From: Balanoglossus misakiensis
Lineage: Eukaryota > Animalia > Hemichordata
Assembly: GCA_040954595.2 (NCBI GenBank)
Contig: CM082591.2
Span: forward strand, 11,611,309 to 11,675,308
Length of the DNA stretch: 64,000 nt
Direction: 5' to 3'
The notes beneath the pieces are model-generated. The model was not told the origin of the DNA. It did no database searches and saw only the letters and a program-made list of their open reading frames with translations. Made by a program: the position numbers and the translations under genes. Of this stretch, positions 50,347-64,000 are shown piece after piece (position 1 is the stretch's first letter; each line of letters starts with the position of its first letter).

Positions 50347-53300
50347 CAACACAAGAAGAAGATGAAGAAGTAGAAGAAAAACCCTAGTAAAACCCTATTG
50401 GTTTTACTGGGGTTTTTCTTCTACTTCTTCATCTTCTTCTTGTGTAGTTTTTTTAGCTCATGCAGTACCCTCGTGAATGTTTAATTAGTCACGTAACATG
50501 ATTACCATATGTGGGCAACATTTTCAAATGGGTCTAATTTGCATATGAATGGAGACATCAAAATTCTGTATTTAACTTTTGCGGACCATGTGGTCAGTGT
50601 TCTACATGCCAAATTTCAAGGCCCTGGGCCAAGTGTATTTTGAGAAGTATTTTTCATAGTTTTTGGACCCAGCCATGCTAACCAATAGGGCTATAGGTTT
50701 GCTTTTAGTTGAACATGGACCAGTATGGGGTCAAACAATTTTGCCCAGATTTTGGGTGAACTCAGGTGACCTTTGACCTACTTTCCCATATCTCGGCATC
50801 CAGGGCAGGTACAGCCTTGGCGTTTGGAGAGATGGGACTAAAAATTTTTAGCCACCTGTGACACCTGCTTATCTCATTAATTATGTGCATACCTAATTCC
50901 AGGCGAACCAATAGATCTAGAGGTCTGGTTTTTGTTGGACCTGGAACAGTATGGGGCCAACATTTTTTGCCCAAATTTCAGGTGACCACATATGACCTTT
51001 GACCTTCGGCTAAAGCTTGGGCCCGCCATCGCTGCTTGCAGCTATATTACTTTTAGTGTGGATTTTCTTGGATCTTCCATTCATTTGATGTGGGACAACA
51101 AATGGGATGAGTTTCAAGTTGTGAATCATATATGTTCCTCAAAAGGACTTTTTCATGCATATTCATACCACCTAGGTCTATGGTTTGCGGGATTACGGAG
51201 GAAAAGCCAGTTTGAAAAGGACCTCCTCCCTAAATTCATGTATTATTTTAAGTTTTTCTTATTTATTTGCAAATGTTCATTCTTGTGTCAGGTTTTGAAA
51301 AAAATATACACTGTACAGTGTTTGACCCCGAATTTTGGCGAGATGTGTTGTTGATTTTCAATCGCACCATGAAGCCTATTTGAACCTAATTTGCATAAAT
51401 GTCCGAGGGGGTCGTTCTGGCACTTTGACTCATTTTTACCCCCATTGTTTTGTCTTTTCGCAAAGCATAATTATTTTTTCCTGGTCAAATAGAAGGCCCG
51501 ATTACAGTATGTCAACTGATAGTGCTACTGATTGGCTACATGATTGTGAACATGAGAAATCCCCAACAGATTACATGATAGAATATTCCTAGAAACCCAC
51601 TTTTACTAAAAATTGTCATTTTCAATTTCATTGAATTTTGCACATGGCTTAGTAAAATATAATCAGATTCAGAGCTTGATAAAAATCACAATCACTGTTG
51701 ACAGTGTTGCTGATTTTGAGATAAACATTGACTTGTGAAATATTTTTTGTTACACAGAAACCACTGATTAAAATGCTGACTCAGCAGTCTCTTCATCATT
51801 GGCTAAATTCATGGCCTTATATTTCACTACATAGCACAGCGCCCATGCATGGTAATGTACATTGTAGATTTTGATAACACTGGGATTTGAACAAATAATA
51901 GAAATGGCACTATTTTCAGTCTTATCAATCAGCTATTCTTAAAATGAAGTAAAAAGATCAGGTTTTTAAAGTATTTTGCAGTGAATAGAGATGTTTATCT
52001 ACAAGTTAGTAATTACACGTCTATCTACAGCAGCAGGTGTCGTAAACTAAAAGAACAGTCTCTAAGTTCACCACCCTTGCCATGGGATGCTGGACTGGCG
52101 TGGATATTAATTTACGTGAAGTTTTCTGATGTCTTTGTTGAGGCGACTATTGAAAAGATAGAGTAAGTAACTTATAAATACAATGTAACTGCGTCCAGCA
52201 AATACTGCTGGCTTCGGCATATATGGCAGAAATTAATAAAATACCACGGATACTGCTTATGTCACAATAATCATTGCACTTTGAGAGATCAATTGCCCAA
52301 ATTAAAAGAAACCATTGAGAAAACCCTGAAAAATATGTCACTTGTCAGGATTACAGGCAGTGGTCGCGCTTACGCATAATTCCTCCGTATTTGACGCAAT
52401 CAGAAACAGGACGCAATATTTCTTTGACCAGCGTCCCTGGGGACGCAGTATCACAGCGCACTTAAAACAATATTGTCCTTTTGACCTTTGAACATTATGC
52501 CACGTTTCTTAATATACACACAAAAGGGAACGCAGCGTGGCGTGGCACGCGCATGGCGGGCGTTTGCGCATTTGATACCGGATAGTTCTGAGTAAATTGA
52601 CTAAAATGTTGCATTTTATTTGTGTCGTAGCATCTACAGAAGTGCGTTTGACGTTTCTCATTGGTAGTTTTGCTACATTTGAAATCATAGGAACTTTTGG
52701 TTTGTCACCATTTTGTCAGTAAGTTGATCGTAAAAATTGCTGTCGTGTGTTATGAGTTCCCGCAAGCAGCTAAGTCTTTTCCAATTCGGTTGTCCGATGC
52801 CGCCCACGTATGCAGTGTACCAACACCACGACAGTGTCAGAGAAATGCAGATCGCGATCGCGAAAGTTTTGGAGACGCAACTTGGTGCGGAAATTGCCGA
52901 TAACCCAGTCATTTCTGTCATTGTTGATGAAACCGTTAACATAACAGTAAATAAAAAGCTCATCATATTTATCAGGATCGTAAAAAATGGTTGAAGTAAG
53001 ACCATTTTTTCTGGAAATGTCACCATTCCTGTGGGAAATGCCGAGACTGTTACCGAAGCAATACTGTGGCAACCTGAGCAGAAAAACATATGTAAGTACA
53101 AAGTTGTCGGACTGGGATCAGACGGAGCGTCGGTTATGACTGGCCGTCACAACGGTGTAGGCGTACGGCTAAAACGCATAATCCCGTTTCTCATACAAGT
53201 ACACTGTGCCGCCCACAGAGTCGCTCTTTTATCGTCGGATGCTGCTAAAGGCGTCGACCAGGTCAGCAAATACAGAAATACGGTCAATTCTATCTATAAC

Positions 53301-53374
53301 TACTCCGCCAGTCGTTACGAACGACTTCGTGAACTGAACAAAGCCCTTGAAACCAGTGATTTCCTCAGTCTTAA

Positions 53375-54359
53375 GGTAGTTGGAAAGGCTATTTTTGAAG
53401 CAAATTCTCTCAATGTTTGTGAATTTATTTTCACAAGTTAGAATAAAGATAATGACTTGAAATTTGCAGCATGTATTCTTAACAAACTCAAAAGTGAGGG
53501 AAAAATATGACTGTAAAAATATCTGCTAAAATTATGAAATTTGATACGCCTAAATATAAATATTCATAATTTTACAAAATATTGATTGAATCTTGACATG
53601 TTTTCACAAATTATTGAATAATTTGTATTCATTTTAATATTAAGCAACCCCTCCAGCAATGTACGGGACACTTTCAGCATAAACTTATTTTTTTCAAAGT
53701 TATCACTCAGGAAAACACAGTTTTTGTTGATATTTTGTATACAACTTTAACGTGCTGCCAAAACACAACAGGAAAACTTATGAAAAAACTGTCCCGAAAA
53801 TTGTTCTTTGGGATGTCCCGAGCCTTTCCTGGAAGTTTCATGATAAAAAAATTATCTGGCATACCAATTCAATCACAAATAAAAACCATTACATTATGGC
53901 GAAGGGCAGAAAAGTAGCGAAATACGCAAAGTTTAGCGGCAGTTCACGGCGAAGGATCGCATTTATCTGGGTCAAACGCTTTTCCGCTGGCTTTTCGGGT
54001 TCCCTAGAAATGCAAAAATGTCCATAATTTGGCAGCCTTTAATAAACAAGCAAGGTTATCTATCGTTGAAAATTGCAAGAATCAGTGTTTGCAAGTTACA
54101 TTTAAATGCCCTTGGCTAGGGGAACCCGTCCTTGTGCGCATAGCCTAGGAGAAGTCTTCCCCTAGAGGGCGCTCAAATAAGGCTCCCTAGCTTCCTTGCC
54201 AGATGTATGAAATTAGGTATAATAAAACCAGCCATATCTTGTTACACGTTTATTGCCCCGAATTTTTCATGAGTTTAATTTTTCTCTAATACATTTCTAG
54301 ATATAAATTCAGTGTTTTTAAATGAAATTTTAACTGACGCCCTAGCCTTTCCAACTACC
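53375..54359. mobile_element. TTAA-flanked Kolobok-like element inside the hAT ORF
   Basis: Perfect TIR GGTAGTTGGAAAGGCTA; TTAA duplicated. Confidence 0.9.
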
Positions 54360-54752
54360 TTAAACCGCCCTGTTCAGCGAGCTGTCAAGTCGATAGAAAG
54401 TAATTGGCCAGCATTGGTTTTAGAGCTCGATGAAGATGCGAGAAAAAATCCTACCGCTGATGGTTTGTTGCGATTGATCAAACCATATTCATTCGTTGCA
54501 ATGACCTACACTCTCACCGACGTTCTACCGGTTATAGATAGGCTAAACTTGGTGTTTCAGCGGGAGGATGTCAATCTGTCGCGAATAAAGCCGATGGTAA
54601 ATACAACAATATCGACACTTCGTGATTTTCTCCCGCGACCAATGTCCGGAAATATTGAAAGGCAGTTTCAACAGGAATTCGAGGAGAATAATGGCACTTT
54701 TCGCGGAATTCAACTCTCATACGCCGGTGTTGCAAACGTGACTGCGTACAAC

Positions 54753-55484
54753 CATGGAGGTACTAGAGAGAAGGAGCGAGGACGCTATTGTTTCCTATGA
54801 ATCCCATGTGCGTCTTAATCTGTTTGCAGATAACATTAGGCTCTCAACCTTTTATCACCTGATAGGCGTTCATTAAAGCTGTGCGCTTGCGTAGATAAAC
54901 AAATCATAGCTGGCGTCGCGTCTCCATGATTTACAAAGCATAAACAACCAGACCAAACTGCTGTGCCGAACGTCTCCGCGCTGGCAATTACAATGGTGAA
55001 TATCGGGCATCCCACACCATCCCACGCGAACAAAAATACTTGCATCGGGAAGATTGGTTTTCAAAGAAAACCTAAGAACTTATTGTTTTTTGCTGAAAAT
55101 TGCTACAAACTCAAAATATTCATTTCAAAATCATACGTTTTGGTTGTACAAAGAAGAAAAATAACGCCACAAGTCTTCCAAGACGTCCGACTGACACGTT
55201 TCCGGTAGTGGTGATGCGTAAACTTGACCCCTAGATGTAAATAAAAGTCACCACGCATATGTAGTACGCTCGTCCGCGATGTGCGCATAGTGTTTTTAAT
55301 ATCATAGAAATTTTACCCCGTAGATCTTGCAAACCTAACTGTAAAATCGGCGGTAACGCACAGTGGGTTCAAATGACGCTATCGACACAGAAACACAAAG
55401 ACTTAAGAAGCTTATCACACTTCAGAAGAAAGGGATTTAATCCGCTTAAATCCGTCCTCGCTCCTTCTCTCTAGTACCTCCATG
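54753..55484. mobile_element. P-like MITE with 7-bp TSD inside the hAT ORF
   Basis: TIR CATGGAGGTACTAGAGAGAAGGAGCGAGGACG; GTACAAC duplicated; removal restores AYN|RVRVSF. Confidence 0.9.
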
Positions 55485-57129
55485 GTACAACCGGGTCAGA
55501 GTGTCGTTCATCGAACATCTGATAGCAAGCCTGGAAGAACGATTTCCAGATGACGCGTTAGATATACTGAACTGTCTGGATCGCGTTTTTAACGTGAGTC
55601 AGTACCCAGATGACGACGAATGCCTCCGCGATTAAGCGATCGAGCAGATTGACTGATTGGCAGCATTTTACGGCGAGGTGAAACGGGATGCTGAAGGGAA
55701 CGAGGTGCGACCGCTTGTAAATAGCGACCGTCTACGCGATCAGTTTCCCGCGGTCAAACGGACACTAACAGGACATGGAGTTCGTTTTTTCGAAGACGCG
55801 TGCCGAGTCATTATCACCGATTACGCCGATATATTTCCGGATTATTCCGTCCTCGCGTCGATCGCTCTGGTTGTACCGGTTTCAAGTGTACCTTGCAAAA
55901 GGGGCTTCAGTACTTAGAACCGTATCAAGTGCGCGAAACGCAGTCGTCTGTCTGACCGCCATGTTAATAATAATAATTTATTTTTATACAGCGATTTCCA
56001 TCAAACCGCTTTACAATAAAAAAAACAACTAAGCTCATAAAATACAATATTAAAACCGTGAAGATACACTGATAAAATGGCCTACTCGGCATTAAAACTT
56101 TATAAAAATGTTATTAGAAATAACAAAACAGTGACTAAGTCATGTACTTCTTAAAAAGGTAAGTTTTGAGAGATGTCTTAAACGCAGCAACGGTTGGTGA
56201 CAATCTAATTTCTTTTGGTAAGACATAATTCCAAAGTGTTTCTGCTCCCAGTTCACTGGCTCCAAAGTTGGTGTGAACGCTGAGCGTGTCAGCCGTTTAG
56301 GATCATGAACTGTGATCAGATCAGACAGATAGGCAGGAGCTTGGTTGTGCAATATTTTATAGACAAAAAGAAGAATTTTGAAATTGATTCTAGCATGGAT
56401 AGGCAGCCAGTGTAGCTCCCGTTTCACTGGTGTGATATGCTCATGCCTTTTTGTGCGTGTGACGAGACGTGCAGCAGAATTTTGAAGTAACTGAAGTTTA
56501 TGAAAGTGCTTATCTTCGATAACAAACAGCAAACTGTTGCAGTAATCTATGTGTGATGTAACGAAAGCGTGCACAAGTCTTTCAGTGTTTGAGCGATCTA
56601 AAACATTTCTAATACGTCCAATTCTATGGAGAGCAAATGACGCAGACTGACATAATTTGACAATGTGAGTACTCATATCTGCAAAGCGGTTTAAATAAGC
56701 ACCAAGATCGCGGACGGATCTAGACGTGGTAACATTAGTATTCCCTACTCTGAGAAATGGCAGGTCAACAGATTTCTTAAATTTTGAACGAAAATGGATC
56801 ACTTCTGTCTTGGCATCATTTAAAACCAAACGATTTTCAATCATCCATTGACGAATATCATCAATGCAATGTTCAACCATAAATGACGAGTCCATGGCAC
56901 GTTCACATATCAAATACAACTGAGTATCGTCAGCAAATAACATAAGATCCAAAGCATGTCTAATGATTATATCCTCTAATGGTGCTGCATACAGACTACA
57001 GTGTAAAAAGTATTGGGCCCAGTCCACTTCCCTGAGGGACGCCACAATCAAGATTACTTGGCTCTGATAATACACCATCAATACACACAATCTGTGTTCT
57101 ATCACATAAGTACGACTCAAACCAAGCAA

Positions 57130-58744
57130 TAGTCTAGTAAATCTACGAGATTTGGGCACCTAACCCACCACAAATTGCAACAGAATTTTTTTTTTCAGAA
57201 TATATTTCGGAGAGGTTACTAGAACAACATATCAAAAATGCACCTGAATCCACCTTGTGGAAATATGTCTAATTTGCATAAATTTAATATTGAAAATTTT
57301 TGGGCCAAGTATCAAGAAATAAACATGATTTTTCCATGATTTTAAAGTTTAAAAATATTTCATGTGCATGAAGAACCATTTTGGAATAATATTTGACATG
57401 GGCAGTTTTCATAATTTGCATAAATTCAATATGGTGAACAGTATTCCTAAAAAAACATATTTGGGCAGTATATCGGGTAATACACAAACTGTTTTAGTGT
57501 TTTTTTTATTTCAAAACTACCTCTATGACATTTGGAACAATTTTGAAAAAAATTGTTTACATTTGCACTTTATATTTTGCATAAATCCAATATGGCCGCC
57601 AAATGAATGTTTGACAGTTTATCATACTCCGACATATATAATAAGGTTCTAGCATAGAATATATGTTGTAGCACTAGGAATGAGTATGAAGCAAATATAA
57701 AACTCTCTTTCATTAATATGTAAAACGAAAATATAACAGCAATGCAACAGATAATTATAATCACATGACTTCTTTAAACCTGTATAGTAATCAGTCTAAC
57801 AATATACTTCCTATAGTATTAAAATGTCAATTAAATGACGATTGTAGATTATTATTTAACTTGTAAGTCGTACTTTATCCCCGAAAATAATTTTAAAATC
57901 ATATATCTAAGTCTTAAAAATCAGCTGAAACGTATTCTGGCGAATTGGTTACACGACTAACACCTGTTAAATAAACTGAGATGTTACCTTACTATTTTGT
58001 TACTCCATTAGCTGTAACTTGGACCTACTTTACAGTATATGCTATTTTCTATGCCAGAACCTTATTATATATGCCGGAGTATGATAAGCTGTCGAATATT
58101 CATTTGGCGGCAATATTGGATTTATGCAAAATATAAAGTGTAAATGTAAACAAGATATTTTTAACATTGTTTCAAATGTCATAGAGGTAATTTTGAATTA
58201 AAAACACTAAAATAGCTTACTAAGTATCCAATATATAGCCCAAATATGTTTTTTAGGAATACTGTCTGCCATATTGAATTTATGCAAATTATGAAAACTG
58301 CCCATGTCAAATATTATTCCAAAATGTTTTGTCATGAACATGAAATAGTTTTTAAACTTTAAAATCATGGAAAAAAGTGTTTATTTCTTGATATTTGGCC
58401 CCAAAATCTCTAATATTAAATTTATGCAAATTAGACATACAGTTAAACCTGTGTTAGTGACCAACTCTATATAGTGACCACCTCTATATAGTGACCACTT
58501 AGTTACAGTCCCTGTGCAATTTACACGTGTATAAATTAACCTGTCTATAAAGACCACCTGTCTATAAAGGCCAGTTTGGTAAAGTCCCTTGACTGGCCAC
58601 TATAGACAGGTTTGACTGTATTTCCACAAGGTGGATTCGGGTGCATTTTTAATATGTTGTTCTAGACACCTCTCCAAAGTATATTCTGAAGAAAAAAATT
58701 CTGTTGCAATTTGTGGTGGGTCTTGCCCTATATTTACTAGACTA
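57130..58744. mobile_element. Academ-like foldback element inside the LINE
   Basis: TAGTCTAGTAAAT termini, 3-bp CAA duplication, ~530-bp imperfect arms; removal restores KALA|WFESY. Confidence 0.8.
58440..58618. mobile_element. Tc1/pogo-type MITE inside the Academ-like arm
   Basis: CAGTYAAACCTGT TIRs with TA duplication; absent from the opposite arm. Confidence 0.88.
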
Positions 58745-59393
58745 CAAGTGCCTTGCCCTTACCAAACCTATGTTCTAAACGATACAGCAATACCTTGTGA
58801 TTAATAGTGTCAAAAGCTGCTGTCAAATCAAGCAGTGTAAGAATAACTTCTTTATGACTATCAAGAGCACGTAAAATGTCGTTTTGAACTCTCAATAAGG
58901 CACTTTCCGTGCTATGATGATGTCTATAAGCAGACTGATATTTAGAATACAATGAAAACTGACTAAAATACTCATCAAGTTGAATTAAAACAACTCTCTC
59001 CAGAAATTTATGTTCGAAAACAAGATTAGACACAGGCCTATAATTAGATAAAACATTGGAGTCGAGACTGGACTTTTTCAATAAAGGGCGGACTAAAGCC
59101 TGTTTGTACATTTTAGGAACTGTACTCGAATCGAATGAAGTATTAACTATTTTGATTAGATCATGAATTACATTTGGAAGACACAATTTCAAAAGTTTAG
59201 TCGGAATTGGGTCAAGTGCACATGATTTTGAGTTCATGGCATCAATAATTTTAGTAAGACTGGCCATGGTGACAGAAGTGAACGATCTAATGCTGATAAG
59301 CATTCATGGTCCAGCACTAGGTGACTTTGATATTGACCAAACTGTGGCAATATTCAATGAAAAACAGCGGATCAAACTGTCAAGACAGCAAAT

Positions 59394-60243
59394 CAGGGTT
59401 CATACACCTAGAGCAATTCAAAATTCCAGGAGTTTCCAGGAGATTTCCAGTAATTTTCCAGGAGTTTTTGTGGTAAAAATGCCATTTTCCAGGATGTTTT
59501 ACGCAACAAAAAAATTTACTATTACTGTTACATTCACATGCACTTGTTATTCTAGTTTAACAAATCATTTAAAGACTTTTGACTGTGATAGTACAAATTT
59601 CAATGACCTCCCCATGAAGGCCTAGTAAAACAATTTTCACCAAGAGATCTCCTAGGTTCCCAAATCATTTAATATATTTGGCTAAAATTTAAGTGACACT
59701 CCCTCCCCCACCCTCGGCCGTAAAAACAGAACGGTCCCTAAAGCAATGATTTCTGTCGTGATAAAATCGACAAATTACCGATGGAAATTACTGTTTTGCT
59801 GCTGAAAAAACACACAAAAACGTCTGCCTTTTTTGCTTCTTTTTGACGTCACTAATTGCCCTTGAACATCGATCTCACGGGTGTCTGCCGCGGCCGTCTG
59901 CACAAGTATTCTGCAGACGCGCAGAAACATGGCATGACCTCTTACAAAAGTTGCTACATCTTTTGTCAAGTTTTAGATATTTTGTTGCGACCGGAATGCT
60001 GAGCTGCGTTAGTTGTTGCAAATTGTGCATTACTACGTCAATGATACTATTTATAGGACGCCTGTCTAAAGATAACTGGTGCGCTGAGTGAAATGGGCAA
60101 CGCGTTTCACGATCCGGTGAAATGAGATCGTGACTCGCGGTTTTCCAGGAGTTTCAAGGAGAAATTTTGAATTTCCAGGAGATTTCAGGAGTTTCCAGGA
60201 GGGGTTTCAAATTCCAGGAGTTTCCAGGAGCGTACGAACCCTG
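59394..60243. mobile_element. hAT-like non-autonomous element with 6-bp TSD
   Basis: TIR CAGGGTTCRTAC; GCAAAT on both flanks; TTCCAGGAG subterminal repeats. Confidence 0.8.
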
Positions 60244-60723
60244 GCAAATTTATTAACAGTTATCCGTTCAGTGTTACATTTTGTCTGTTCGGAGTTAACC
60301 GTTCAAATTGTTACATAATCTGTTCGTTTACACATGACCCAATAACTGTAGAACGTGACTTTATGGGCATGCAAACAACGCTTGGAAATATGCAAATTAG
60401 GTAAGACGCATTCAAAAGAGGGTTGGACCCAAGTTTTAGTTTCAATGCGGCCCAGGGGACGCTGGAGAGAAAATGTAAGCGCGACCATTGACAGGTAAAG
60501 TGTCACTTGCCGTTCTTAACATATGCTCTATACAAACACAACACATAGTTATCACATGACTAAGGCGTCACACACACTGGTCAAACATTATTACATGTAC
60601 CTAAACCACTCTAAAGTAATTATGTTACCTGCAGTCTTGTGAATTCTCATTCACAAAATCAGTAGCACTGTTTTGATGCAAAAAAGTTGTAGTTTCAGAG
60701 ATCATATGACATCAATACATCAC

Positions 60724-60805
60724 CTGAGAGAATATAACGCATCTTTCTCCTCCACTTCCTTCACCTCAACTTTCGGGGGTTCATCTTCATCTTCAACTTT
60801 TGTAT
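60724..60805 (-). CDS. NUP50: Nup50 exon
   Basis: DTKVEDEDEPPKVEVKEVEEKDALYSLR; phases 1/2. Confidence 0.9.
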
Positions 60806-61724
60806 CTAAATTGTCATGAAAACAATAAATCAGTATTAATAACTTGTACAAAGTTCTTGTCAAATTTCTGTAAACAAAAATGCAAAAAATGACACACCAT
60901 TTTGCTCTAACCTACCAAGTCGGTTGAAACTTGTATGATTTACAGAGGATCTAAACTTTCAGCAACATACCAACCTGTGACCCCAATAGGCCTATATATG
61001 ACAACTCAGCCAAAACAGTGGAATTTGCTTTTTAGGGGCCGGGGGGGGGGGGGGGGGGGATCAAACTGGTCAGTGCACATACACATTACTTGTTGACAAG
61101 TAGAAAACTGGGCGTGTTACTGTTAGGATATTACAGGGAGAACAAGAAAATGTACATGTAGTATACTGTACACGAAACAAAAATACCGAAAAATAACTCC
61201 ACAAACTTGAAAGGTGACTATAGTATCATAATTTATGAGATGACGGCTGGATAAATCTGATGGAGAATTGTATCTGATGGAGCCAGTTCTGAACTTGCCC
61301 CCCAGAAAGCATTTTTTTATGCATCACAAAAAAACCTCTCCAGCCTAAACCCCATAATGAATATAGGGGTAAGTTTAGGTTGTTACCAGAAACCCTGAAA
61401 GGGTTAAATTACCCTCAAAACTAAATGTCAAAATAACCAGCCAAGATATATCTGAGACACAGAGTTTCTGACTGAAAATCGCAAAATCTGCCCAAAAATA
61501 CAACATTGATATTTTCACACTGTAATCAGGACACTTAAATCAAACAACATATTTTGGTAGAACAACTACATTTGAACCAAATCCCATGTACAGTCAGCAT
61601 GCATCTCGGTGATCCATGCAGCAGTTCTCAAGATTTTGTGGTGGATGGACATACACAACTTAGAGACACAAACATACATATATACAGTGTACATACATAC
61701 ATTTGCATTCATGTATGTAATTAT

Positions 61725-62054
61725 TTAAGCAATAAAACACCCCCAGCCATGGTATACCACGAGATTTTGACCAGTTCACGACATATACGCACGAGCGATA
61801 GCGAACATGCGTATATGGAGTTGAACTGGTCAAAATCGAGTGGTATACCATGGCTGGGGGTGTTTTATTGCTATTATATAAGATCAGTATATTGAAACTT
61901 TGCATAAAACATTTTTAAAAGGCATTTTCTTTGACTATGAGTTTTGCGTGATATATGACTGTGGCCACTGTGACGAATATATCACAGTCACGTGTCGTGT
62001 CTCGACCAATAAAATAGCGTGATTTACACCATCAATATACTGGTATAATATAAT
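61725..62054. mobile_element. Hairpin-ended Crypton-like element
   Basis: Inverted near-identical copy of 31404-31718. Confidence 0.7.
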
Positions 62055-62194
62055 ATTGCGTATATGCATTTTCACTGTTTATGAACTTGCATCAGGTTAT
62101 AATTAGTCATGCAGCTATTTTAGGATGATTTGGATTTGCAAATTAGACATGCTATTTACCGGAGAGATAGATCATGTGACCAAGAAGACTTTAC

Positions 62195-63135
62195 CTGTTG
62201 AATCTCCTGTATTTTGATCCGGTTTACTCACACCAAATGAGAATGTAGACTTTGGAATATCACCACCAACACCACTTGTCAGAGGATTCTGACCAAAGGA
62301 GAATTGTTTCCTTTCTGTTGAAAACTGAAATCCAGGTTTACTGTCCATACTGGAAGATTCCGAAGACTCGGAAAAACTGAAAGTTGGCTTGCTCTGATCA
62401 GAATCTCTGTAATCGTCATTCTTCTGTGTAAATTGAAAAGTGGGTGTTATTGCAGATGAAGAACCGGTTGCAGTTGCATTGAAGCTTGTCAGATTGGCCG
62501 TGCCAGTAGTAGAGCTTTTGTTGTATTCCGACATCTCACTCAGAAACGTAAATCCTGCAGAACTTGGAGTGCCTGCATCACTTGATACAAAGCTTGAATG
62601 ACCTTTGATCTGCTTATCACATGAATCTCCCAGTGTCTTCTCTGTTTCACTGTCAGTGTCACTACTTGTAGGTGGATACTTAGTTTCCAACATTTTCAGA
62701 TGTTTCTCATAATCCCTGAACACTGGAGTGAGATCACACAGAGGGGTTTCTTTCACATGTTTTTGAATCCAATTTGATACAGACTGATTGAGACTCTTCA
62801 ACTGTTTCCAATATCCAGAGCTGTGCCCAGGTTTCGTCACTGGTTTGGCTGCCTTGTCCTCATTTTCTTTAGATCCTGTGATCTTGATTTCAGAAGTGAC
62901 AGACGGTTTGAAGCTGACATCTGAAGTTGACATGGAGGTTTGAGGAGGCAATGATGGTTGAAGACTCAGAGGTTTTCCATTGCTGGTGAATGATTTGAAT
63001 GGAGACTGACTGGTCAAACTTGATGGCTTGTGGCTGCCGAATCCTGAAAACCCAGCAAAGGCTTTCATACTTGATGTACCACTATCTCCTGTGTTGTCAT
63101 TTCCAACTGCAACACGACGTTTAGCTTTCTTGATT
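62195..63135 (-). CDS. NUP50: Nup50 large exon (IKKAKRR motif, central domain, FG region)
   Basis: IKKAKRR, YWKQLKSLNQSVSNWIQKHV..PLCDLTPVFRDYEKHL and FSFG repeats; canonical splice sites. Confidence 0.93.
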
Positions 63136-63874
63136 CTATCAAGACAACAAAGGATAAGCAGAAATATTTACTCAGTTTCAGGATCATGTTTGGTTAATGT
63201 TTTGGGAACACAAGACATCCTATTTTAACTCGCTCTGCATTTTTTTCTGATTCCACGAAAGCAATTACACTTACATGGTTCTAGTACATACAAGGACAGT
63301 TGTACTTTGACATTACTTTGGTTGTTTTGTTTTTTATGAGAAGTTATCAATACTGTTCTACTTACAGAAATTTGCAGACTTAGCCGTCATTACAGCTTTA
63401 TCCCCCTCCTAATGTTTTTCAATCTAACTGGTTTTCATTTCAGATGTCATTATAAAGGGGACTGTGCCCTCTTCACCCCCTGTTGCCATGTTGGCGGGCA
63501 CCCCCTAGCAATTTGTCAAAGGGGGGGGGGGAACCAGTGCCCCTTAAAATGATGGCATACACATGTTGTAGTCAGTAGATATTACATTCCCCTTTGTGAG
63601 AGTGGATCCCCCAAATATTTTTGCAGAGGGGACATATCCACCCTGTTGATGCAATCCTCGATGAAACAGTGCTCTGCTCTATGTTCTAACCCTATATGAT
63701 GTGCCACTGACTCACGAAATTCACTGGCAACTATAGAAAATTATCCACACTACATGATCAAGTATAGGGCTGACTACGAGAAATTTTTAGCAATCCTCAA
63801 ATTGACTCACAGCTGTTGTAAGTACTGGTGAATGGTTACACTATCAGAATGATGTGAGAGTTACATGTACTTAC

Positions 63875-63921
63875 TGTCGACTTGCTAACTGCTCTTCACT
63901 TGCCATGGAATAAGAACCTGC
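63875..63921 (-). CDS. NUP50: Nup50 N-terminal exon; first coding exon is outside the window
   Basis: ttccag|GCA GGT ... CA|gtaagt; AGSYSMASEEQLASR. Confidence 0.88.
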
Positions 63922-64000
63922 CTGGAAGTCACCGAATAAAAAAATAACAACAAACAAACAAAAATCAATATACAGCAAATAGAAAAACAAACGTAATTAA

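Larger units (their letters stand above)
55970..59285 (-). mobile_element. 5'-truncated L2/CR1-group LINE, reverse transcriptase pseudogene
   Basis: KSCALDPIPT, NYRPVSNL, LDLTAAFDT, GVPQGS, FADDTQLY, HITPVKRELHWLP; AATAAA and short (ATT)n tail at ~55965-55985. Confidence 0.9.
52697..60256 (+). pseudogene. Fragmented ZNF862-like hAT transposase
   Basis: IVDET, GLGSDGASVMTG and HCAAHR (to 53374); 54364-54752; 55492-55970 with PVSSVPCKRGFS; ~59285-59393 LMLISIHGP; stop near 60256. Contains stops and frameshifts. Confidence 0.85.
52358..60490 (+). mobile_element. hAT element with 5-bp TSD (hAT5-like) and multiple nested insertions
   Basis: TIR CARTGGTCGCGCTTAC; ACAGG at 52353-52357 and 60491-60495. 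Confidence 0.88.

Overview
AT-rich, repeat-dense eukaryotic DNA with spliceosomal introns. It is probably from a marine invertebrate deuterostome (hemichordate-like; this is an inference). Host genes: the 3' part of an SRSF3-like SR splicing factor (+ strand, coding exons 1249-12800), five exons of Nup50 (- strand, 41897-63921), and a candidate two-exon gene for a 27-aa peptide (+, 28016-28504). The SRSF3-like intron 1390-3961 holds a candidate poison exon, a ~380-nt G.U-biased RNA hairpin and two H/ACA-like folds; inverted copies of one MITE bracket the two exons flanking that intron. A decayed, intron-containing Ginger1 transposon (integrase-GPY/F-Ulp1-PHD) lies at ~15135-26346. The 14.7-kb Nup50 intron holds a hAT element with a 5-bp TSD and four levels of nested insertions. 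Non-autonomous elements resembling Kolobok, P, MULE, Academ, Tc1/pogo, Crypton and Helentron (HINE) fill most of the rest. All exon structures, alignments and base-pairings were read by eye and no database search was run. Superfamily names for non-coding elements rest on termini and TSD length only.
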